A stretch of DNA of 64,000 bases from a virus. Lineage: Duplodnaviria; Caudoviricetes. The DNA is taken from IMG/VR virus record IMGVR_UViG_3300043406_000131, positions 3,872-67,871 of that record; one strand, 5' to 3'. The position numbers were made by a program, and so were the translations under genes. The notes under the pieces were generated by a model, which saw only the letters and a program-made list of their open reading frames with translations, was not told the origin of the DNA and ran no database searches. Position 1 is the first letter of the stretch; each line of letters begins with the position of its first letter. Positions 47,078 through 53,347 of the stretch are shown one piece after another.

Positions 47078-47172
47078 GCGACTCTCGGCCAAGATCCAGC
47101 GAGTGGGCTGGACGGGAAGGCCACTCGGGACACACGGCCCGGGGAATGTCAGTTCGAATCTGACGAGTTGTC
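47078..47172 (+). ncRNA. tRNA-like RNA with hairpin inserted in D loop and 8-nt central loop
   Basis: Acceptor GCGACTC/GAGTTGT; T arm GTCAG-TTCGAAT-CTGAC; central loop ACACACGG. Confidence 0.6.
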
Positions 47173-47211
47173 TGCGAGGTCTGGTTCGTTTCTTCCCACG
47201 GAGCATCGTCG

Positions 47212-47379
47212 ATGAGGTATCAGATCGTGTTGGCGACTGGCACGCCCCAGAACGCCGCGGACGGAGTTCAAAACCAAGTGACGAACTTGATTGCCGAAGG
47301 GTGGCAACCGCTTGGCGGATCGAGCATCGCAGGCATGGGTGACGGATGGGTCACCATCACGCAGACAATGGTGAAGTGA
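47212..47379 (+). CDS. DUF1737-like small protein
   Basis: MRYQIV...VTNLIAEGWQPLGG...ITQTMVK; below ORF-track cutoff. Confidence 0.75.
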   Translation: MRYQIVLATGTPQNAADGVQNQVTNLIAEGWQPLGGSSIAGMGDGWVTITQTMVK

Positions 47380-47390
47380 TCTCGACAGGA

Positions 47391-47463
47391 AGAGCCGTCA
47401 GCCAAGTGGAAGGCTACCCCAGGCGACTCTGGGGCAATGCTGGTTCGAATCCAGTCGGTTCTT
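47391..47463 (+). ncRNA. tRNA-like RNA with 6-bp stem and 6-nt loop in place of the anticodon arm
   Basis: Acceptor AGAGCCG/CGGTTCT; D arm AGCC/GGCT; CCCCAG-GCGACT-CTGGGG; T arm GCTGG-TTCGAAT-CCAGT. Confidence 0.7.
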
Positions 47464-47489
47464 TTGGACTTCTCGGCAAGGCTGAATCC

Positions 47490-48395
47490 GTGGAACTCTG
47501 GCTTCACAAGGCAACTGGCAACTGGTGCAAAAAGCATCGCGGGAAGTTCTTTTACTTCGGGAAGGACAAGGAACAGGCGCTGGTCAGGTTCCGGGCCGAG
47601 TGGGAGGCAATGACGGTGGCAACAGAAGAAATCAGGAAATTATCCATGCCTCCTTTGGAGTTTGTCCAGCAGTGCGCCTGCTACAAGGAATGCGGAAGCA
47701 CCGTGTCGTTCAAGTTCACGGTTCGCGGCAGAGATGGCGTGATGTCGATGCCAAACTGCTCATTTGTTTCGACACGGAGGAACCAGGAATCACAAAAAGG
47801 AAAGGTTGTAGTTGATAGCGTCAGTGAGTTCACAGGAATGGACCTCCATGAGTATTCGTACACAATGGTTCCAGCCATTGAAAAACTGATACCGAAATCG
47901 CTGAAGTTGAACTACTGCCGTTTTGTAAGCTCGTTCACGAAGCTAGTCACGAACTATTTCAGTGGCGAACGAAAGCCATCGACATACGAGACTCACGATG
48001 GTCGATGGTGGGAGCGGATTGCGAATCCGGCCGTCTTGTTGGGCAAATGGAAGTTGACCCAAGTGGACAGGCCATGGGGGACGCTGGTAGGACCAATGCG
48101 GTTTTTCGACGCCGAAGAGATCGCGGACGAGGTTCTTTGGCGGATCGGTCAGAAGGTTAACTGTAACTGCTCGCGATGCGGAACGATGACGTACTGTCTG
48201 GATCTCGCATCGATTGAAGTAGGTGAGGCGCGTCTGTGTAGGGCGTGCCGAGAAGAGATGTGGTGGACAACATGGGAGTCGCAAGCATGTCGAAGACAGG
48301 AACTGCAAAACCTCCGAAGGGCGGAGCGGCAGATGAAGCACGTCGGGAAAATCGTCTTCCGGAAACGCCGGGAGCGCCAGTCGTCCCGGCCGTGA
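47490..48395 (+). CDS. Protein with integrase arm-binding-like N-terminus and C-terminal Zn finger
   Basis: LHKATGNWCKKHRGKFFYFGKDKEQALVRF; CSRC...CRAC; GTG start after the tRNA-like element. Confidence 0.6.
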   Translation: MELWLHKATGNWCKKHRGKFFYFGKDKEQALVRFRAEWEAMTVATEEIRKLSMPPLEFVQQCACYKECGSTVSFKFTVRGRDGVMSMPNCSFVSTRRNQESQKGKVVVDSVSEFTGMDLHEYSYTMVPAIEKLIPKSLKLNYCRFVSSFTKLVTNYFSGERKPSTYETHDGRWWERIANPAVLLGKWKLTQVDRPWGTLVGPMRFFDAEEIADEVLWRIGQKVNCNCSRCGTMTYCLDLASIEVGEARLCRACREEMWWTTWESQACRRQELQNLRRAERQMKHVGKIVFRKRRERQSSRP

Positions 48396-48616
48396 TGGCT
48401 CAGCCGGTTTCACCGGTGAAGACCTCTGCCGACCTCACGAACATGATGGCCGGACTCATGGCCGGACTCATCTCCGGTGCCGTCTCGCCGAACGTCTCCA
48501 ACGCGGTTGTCAAGGCCGGCAACTTGCTCGTGAAGGTCGCGGAGATGGAGATCAAGTACGCGAACAAGACGCCGCAGGTCGCTCCGACCCCGCTGCAATT
48601 TATCGCGAACTCCTGA
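48395..48616 (+). CDS. Small helical phage protein
   Basis: TSADLTNMMAGLMAGL...NAVVKAGNLLVKVAEMEIKY. Confidence 0.65.
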   Translation: MAQPVSPVKTSADLTNMMAGLMAGLISGAVSPNVSNAVVKAGNLLVKVAEMEIKYANKTPQVAPTPLQFIANS

Positions 48617-48697
48617 TGTAACCGCTCGACGCCGACCGCATAGGCTGGCGTCGAATCGCCCACACCACACACACGACCACACCCGAGACACGCACCC

Positions 48698-49843
48698 ATG
48701 GCCGCTACCGTCTCCCCTCCGAACAAATCAACTCTCGCAATCGAGAAGTTCGATCCGATCATTCCGAAAAACACCTCGGAACTTCTGGTGCTCGCCCAGG
48801 TTTTTTACGCGGCTGGACTGCACAGCCGCGGCATCACCAGACCAGAAGGTGTGGCCGCGGTCATCGCCTACGGGCTTGAACTTGGCATCCGTCCCGCGAC
48901 TGCACTCAACAGCATCTATGTGCAAAATGGGACTGCAAGAATTTGGGGCACGCTCCCGCTCGGGTTGGTGCTCGCCAGCGGGTTGATGGAAGGAACGCCG
49001 AAGGAATGGTTCTCCGGCGAAGGCGACGAGCGAACCGCACATTGTGTGATCAAACGTCGCGGCGACGAGCAGGGTGCCGTCGAGTTCACCTACAGCCTCG
49101 GTCAGGCGAAGCACGCGGGTCTTCTCGGGAAGGCGGAATCCAAGGGCAAGAAAATGCCTTGGGACAACGACAGCGACCTGATGCTGAAGTACCGTGCGAG
49201 GGGTCGCGGTCTCAACGACAAGTTCGCGGACGTTCTCAACGGTTTGACAATCGCTGAACTTGAGAGGGACGACGAGCCGGAGACGACGGGGACTTCCCAC
49301 GCAGGGGGTGATGCGGCGAAGCAATCCGGCGGCGCGAGCGGTTCCGGTTCGTCGTCAGTGGTCGTCACGGGTGTCAGGACCGACGCGCCCGGCTCATCGC
49401 CAGCCCCCCAAGGTGGGAAGCTCGGCAGTTCCGGCGAGCCGGTCACCGGTACCACCCCGGCGCTATCCGACAAACTCACCGACAGCCAACTCCACGACAT
49501 CCGCCGGTTGATGCCCGACTGGTGCCGCCGGAACTTCGTGGACCCCGACACCAACAAGGACGCCGCTCTCGCCGCGTGGCAGGCGTTCCTCAAGGTGTCG
49601 TACGGCGTCGTAAAGGCGGCCGAATTGACCGTCGCCCAGGCCACGGACCTCCTCTCCATCCTGCTGCCCATCAGCAACGCGGCGGACCCGGCGGCCAAGG
49701 TGTTCGACAGTGCGGCGAAGGTTGAGGCAGCGGGGAACGCGGGGGAGAGCGTGGCACCGGCCGTTGAACAGTCGGCACCGGACGCCGCGACCGTCACGAC
49801 TTCGACCCCGGACCCCACCCCGGCCGGAGGGACGACCGCATAA
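48698..49843 (+). CDS. RecT-like single-strand annealing protein
   Basis: GLELGIRPATALNSIYV...PW...DLMLKYRARGRGLNDKFADVLNG. Confidence 0.75.
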   Translation: MAATVSPPNKSTLAIEKFDPIIPKNTSELLVLAQVFYAAGLHSRGITRPEGVAAVIAYGLELGIRPATALNSIYVQNGTARIWGTLPLGLVLASGLMEGTPKEWFSGEGDERTAHCVIKRRGDEQGAVEFTYSLGQAKHAGLLGKAESKGKKMPWDNDSDLMLKYRARGRGLNDKFADVLNGLTIAELERDDEPETTGTSHAGGDAAKQSGGASGSGSSSVVVTGVRTDAPGSSPAPQGGKLGSSGEPVTGTTPALSDKLTDSQLHDIRRLMPDWCRRNFVDPDTNKDAALAAWQAFLKVSYGVVKAAELTVAQATDLLSILLPISNAADPAAKVFDSAAKVEAAGNAGESVAPAVEQSAPDAATVTTSTPDPTPAGGTTA

Positions 49844-49854
49844 CAGCGCCGGCC

Positions 49855-50043
49855 TTGCCAGCCGAATACGCCGACCTCCCCGGGCCGCTCCTCGACCTGA
49901 TGCGGCAGTGGGGAGTCGGGCGAGTGGAGAGAGCAGTGATTGCCGCACTCGGGTTCCCGGCCGGGTGGGTTGAGACGGGGAGGGAGATCGGGATGGTCCG
50001 GGAATGGATTGAGATCAACAACGCGAACGTGAAAACCAACTGA
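49855..50043 (+). CDS. Hypothetical protein
   Basis: Operon context. Confidence 0.4.
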   Translation: MPAEYADLPGPLLDLMRQWGVGRVERAVIAALGFPAGWVETGREIGMVREWIEINNANVKTN

Positions 50044-50080
50044 CCGAACTTTATCAACGGAACCAACGAGACCAACACCA

Positions 50081-50731
50081 ATGGCAATCGACCTGACCCA
50101 AGAACTCCTCTCCCAGGACTTCGCGATCGACGCGGGCGAAGTGGAGTCGGCCGCGGCATCGTCCGGGGCGCTCCCCGACGGGAAATATCACGCGAGACTC
50201 GATGGCGCCCAGCAGAAGGACGCCGGCGGCACACCCTGCTGGGATCTGTTCTTCCTCGTGCTCACCGGCCCGTTCGCTGGCCGGAAGCCGAAGTACACGC
50301 TGTGGATGGGCACGAGTGAGACGGACCGCGACGGCAACCAGAAGAGCCAGGAGGATCTGGCCGAAGCGGTGAAGAAGATCAAGCGCGAGTTCAGCTACGT
50401 CGCGACTCGGCTGGGACTCCAAACCAAGAAGGTGGAAGGCACCGGACCGAACGCAAAGAAGACCTACGTGTTCGCCAAGCGGGCTGACGGCACTCCGCTC
50501 CGTGACTTCCGCGACCTGATCGGCCAGTCCGAGGTGGTCATCGAGACGAAGAGCCGGACGAACGACTTCAAGGGGGAGAAACGGACGTTCACGGAAGTCG
50601 CGAAATACGGGGTGTGGCGGTTGGACGAGCCGGAAGCGAAGGACGTGAGCAAGGCCAAACCGGGCGAGCGACCGGCGGTCAGCGTGCCGAGCGCGGCGGC
50701 AGCGAGCCGGGATCTGTCGGACCTCGCGTGA
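50081..50731 (+). CDS. DUF669-like (phage SSB-like) protein
   Basis: LPDGKYHARL...WDLFFLVLTGPFAGRK; next to RecT-like gene. Confidence 0.65.
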   Translation: MAIDLTQELLSQDFAIDAGEVESAAASSGALPDGKYHARLDGAQQKDAGGTPCWDLFFLVLTGPFAGRKPKYTLWMGTSETDRDGNQKSQEDLAEAVKKIKREFSYVATRLGLQTKKVEGTGPNAKKTYVFAKRADGTPLRDFRDLIGQSEVVIETKSRTNDFKGEKRTFTEVAKYGVWRLDEPEAKDVSKAKPGERPAVSVPSAAAASRDLSDLA

Positions 50732-50772
50732 GACAGCGGGTCTGCGACGTGGGGATCGTGGGAAGCAGTGAC

Positions 50773-50895
50773 GGCGACGTGCGCTAAGCGGCATAGCGGC
50801 TCGGGTCAGATCCGAGTGGGCGGGAGCCAGTACCGAACCGGTGAGAATCCGGCGGGGTGATCCTGCTGTGTGGGCTTCGAGACCCACCGTCGCCA
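50773..50895 (+). ncRNA. tRNA-Leu(CAG)-like RNA with about 50-nt variable region
   Basis: Perfect acceptor GGCGACG/CGTCGCC+A; D arm CGCTA/TAGCG; CTCGG-GTCAGAT-CCGAG; T arm GTGGG/CCCAC. Confidence 0.6.
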
Positions 50896-50933
50896 GTGAA
50901 AACAGTGGCTTTCACCTACATCAACGTGTCAAG

Positions 50934-51326
50934 ATGAAAAACAAAATCCCGTCTGGCGTTGCTGTCGCCATTGTGATCGGCGACCAACGCGTTGGGGTTG
51001 AGACGCATAATACCGCATTTTTCGTCACACATGACGAGCATGGACATGGCGGTTGGAGTCGAGAAGACTTTTCGCGAAAGTTCGCCGCAGAGTTGGATTC
51101 AATTGTGAAAAAGGCTTTTGTTGAACTGGCTGACAAGCATGGGATATGGGACTGGTTTGCTTCGACTATCAAGGAATCGCGGGATGATTGGGTTCGCTTT
51201 GAGGCCGAAGAGGATGCCGAGGAATTGGCTGATGCAGAAGATGCCCTAAACACCGCCCGTAATGCCCTCGCAGTCACCGGATTTGAATGGCTTGGATCGC
51301 AATTCGAAGCCAGAAGCACTGATTAG
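50934..51326 (+). CDS. Hypothetical protein
   Basis: Visibly lower-GC ORF in operon. Confidence 0.55.
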   Translation: MKNKIPSGVAVAIVIGDQRVGVETHNTAFFVTHDEHGHGGWSREDFSRKFAAELDSIVKKAFVELADKHGIWDWFASTIKESRDDWVRFEAEEDAEELADAEDALNTARNALAVTGFEWLGSQFEARSTD

Positions 51327-51376
51327 ACGAGCACAACAGCCATCAACAGGACAAGACTAACAACAGGAGTATCAAC

Positions 51377-51739
51377 GTGTCCAAACTGCTTTCCCTCGAA
51401 TCGCTCGGTGACCTCTCGCTCGGCCAGTCCGGCGCGGTCATCGACAAGGCCATCCGCCAGACCGTCGCTGACCTCGATGACCGCGGCGACGACGGCCAAC
51501 CGCGCAAGGTCAACATCCAGATCGTGTTCAAGAAACTCGACAGTGGCACGGTCACGACGAAGGTGGAGGTTGAGGCCAAGCTGCCGAAGTACAAGACGAT
51601 CACCACGATCGCGGAGATCAAGAGCAAGGGCGGCGAGCCGAAGTTGCAGTTCCAGCCGCACAGCCCCGAGCGGCCGGACCAGCCGTCGTTCCTCGATGAG
51701 GAGGAAGAGAAGGCCAAGAAGGCAAAGAGGGGCGAGTAA
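51377..51739 (+). CDS. Conserved phage protein, partner of DUF2303-like gene
   Basis: GAVIDKAIRQTVADLDD...RKVNIQIVF...VEAKLP. Confidence 0.7.
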   Translation: MSKLLSLESLGDLSLGQSGAVIDKAIRQTVADLDDRGDDGQPRKVNIQIVFKKLDSGTVTTKVEVEAKLPKYKTITTIAEIKSKGGEPKLQFQPHSPERPDQPSFLDEEEEKAKKAKRGE

Positions 51740-51824
51740 CCGGCCCGCCGACCTGCCGACCAGCAACACCAACAGCACCCACCAACCGACCCGCACACAA
51801 CCCTCAACGGAGTGACTTCCCACC

Positions 51825-52601
51825 ATGATCGAAGAAGCAATCAATGCCCTGATCGAACTCGGCAAGAACACCGCCAGTGACATCGTCGCGGCCCCCAGCG
51901 AGCCGGACGGCAGGTACTACCTGCGCGACTCGGACGGAGAACTCGAACTCGTCACGCCAGGCGTCAAGGACCGGCGACACACCGCCTTGTCGCTCGTCAC
52001 CATCTCGCAGTTCGCCACCCGTGATAGCAGCATCCATGCCATCTGGGTGGGACGCTCTGGAATCACCCTCCTGCTGGATGACAACGATCGCAGCGAATCC
52101 GTGAATCTCGCTCTGCACCTGTCCGAGCCGTTCGCGATGCTCGTCAACCTGACCACCAACCCGAAGAAGTACACGCAGCGGGACGCCGTCCTCCTGCTCC
52201 GAACCGTGTTCGCGGACTGTCAGGATCTCTGCCCCGAACTTCTCCCGTTCGTCCGCCAAGTGAAGTTCACCACCAAGACCGAGACGGCCAACCAGATCCA
52301 GCAGGGCAAGGCGTCCACCGGCCGGGCGATCGACCAGGAGGTTGCCGGCGTCTCGAAGGTGCCGGAACGGGTGGTGCTGCGCGTCCCGGTCTACCTCAAC
52401 GAGATCAAGCTGATCTGCGACATCCGCTGCGAGGTGGACATCGACCTGTCAGCGGAGACTTTCCGGTTCATTCCGTTCCCGGCCGACATCGAGTTGGCCT
52501 ACCAGAACGCCACCGGTGAGGCGGCGAACAAACTCCACGACCTGCTGAAGTCGGCGGGGGTGGAGGCACCGTACGAGCGGATCTACTTCGGGACGCCGTG
52601 A
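51825..52601 (+). CDS. DUF2303-like phage protein
   Basis: Paired with the preceding gene; VKFTTK...LRVPVY. Confidence 0.6.
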   Translation: MIEEAINALIELGKNTASDIVAAPSEPDGRYYLRDSDGELELVTPGVKDRRHTALSLVTISQFATRDSSIHAIWVGRSGITLLLDDNDRSESVNLALHLSEPFAMLVNLTTNPKKYTQRDAVLLLRTVFADCQDLCPELLPFVRQVKFTTKTETANQIQQGKASTGRAIDQEVAGVSKVPERVVLRVPVYLNEIKLICDIRCEVDIDLSAETFRFIPFPADIELAYQNATGEAANKLHDLLKSAGVEAPYERIYFGTP

Positions 52602-52891
52602 GACGCGGGCGCGGCGGCGCTGGTCCCGTGGCAACAACCTCGTGGGAAGGACGGTGGATCCTGAAGTAGCTCATCACTTGAACGACTGACGGCCGTTTAC
52701 GGGCCAACAATGGAGAGGCTTCCAACCGCAAAGAAGGGAGATGGCAACCATGTGAAGTTCAACTGTCGGAACTGAGTGGAATGTTTTGGCGTGTGGTCCC
52801 GAGCGTCTTGGAGATAAGGTCGGATCGGGGCACTGTAGCGGAGACAAGGCCGATGGGATCACGAGGTTACAAAGCTGGTGGCTACTCATGG

Positions 52892-53062
52892 ATGAAGCAG
52901 GTCTGGTGCCCATTGTGCGGGAAGAGTTTTCCAGTCGGCAGCAGGAGATTCGCCCGAGAGGCGAGAGACAAGGACAGCGAAAAGCCACTCGTCCCATGCA
53001 TGTACAAGCCGAGATGCGAGGAGAGGCAAACGAAACGAGAGGAACGACAGAAGCAGGGATGA
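52892..53062 (+). CDS. Small Zn-finger protein
   Basis: WCPLCGK...PCMYKPRC. Confidence 0.5.
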   Translation: MKQVWCPLCGKSFPVGSRRFAREARDKDSEKPLVPCMYKPRCEERQTKREERQKQG

Positions 53063-53069
53063 TCAGGAC

Positions 53070-53142
53070 ACGGGTGTAGCTCAACTGGAAGAGCGCGGGG
53101 CAGATAACCCCGAGGTTGCAGGTTCGAATCCTGCCACTCGTA
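53070..53142 (+). tRNA. tRNA-Ile(GAT) with non-canonical A33
   Basis: Complete cloverleaf ACGGGTG/CACTCGT, GCTC/GAGC, CGGGG-CAGATAA-CCCCG, GCAGG-TTCGAAT-CCTGC; no CCA. Confidence 0.8.
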
Positions 53143-53143
53143 T

Positions 53144-53218
53144 GGAACCGCGGCCGGACCGTTGCTGGCTTGGCCGGCGTCTGCGATGTAGCGGACGTGG
53201 AGTGATGTCCCGGTTTCT
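53144..53218 (+). ncRNA. Degenerate cloverleaf directly after tRNA-Ile
   Basis: Closing stem GGAACCG/CGGTTTC; GTCTGC-GATGTA-GCGGAC arm. Confidence 0.4.
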
Positions 53219-53347
53219 TTGACTCGACTCGACAGACTCGACCTCGACACAATTCGCCGTCATGAATGACGAGCGGGACGGCTGGCAAACACCGGCCGGA
53301 CAAGGCGTTTTGCGCGCATCACGGATCAACTGGACGAACCGCACGAC

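Noticed and set aside
47126-47141. 16S rRNA-like GACACACGGCCC snippet
   Set aside because: Short imperfect match with no rRNA context
47346-47489. 5' extension of the 349-aa ORF
   Set aside because: Runs through DUF1737 and the tRNA-like element; GTG at 47490 starts the recognisable domain
50773-50895. tmRNA
   Set aside because: Too short, no G3-U70 alanine identity pair, no tag reading frame
52602-52880. Group I or group II intron
   Set aside because: No P7 guanosine-binding motif or domain V found, and no interrupted gene
53144-53218. Theta/HDV-like ribozyme after tRNA-Ile
   Set aside because: Could not build the nested double pseudoknot by eye; folds better as a cloverleaf
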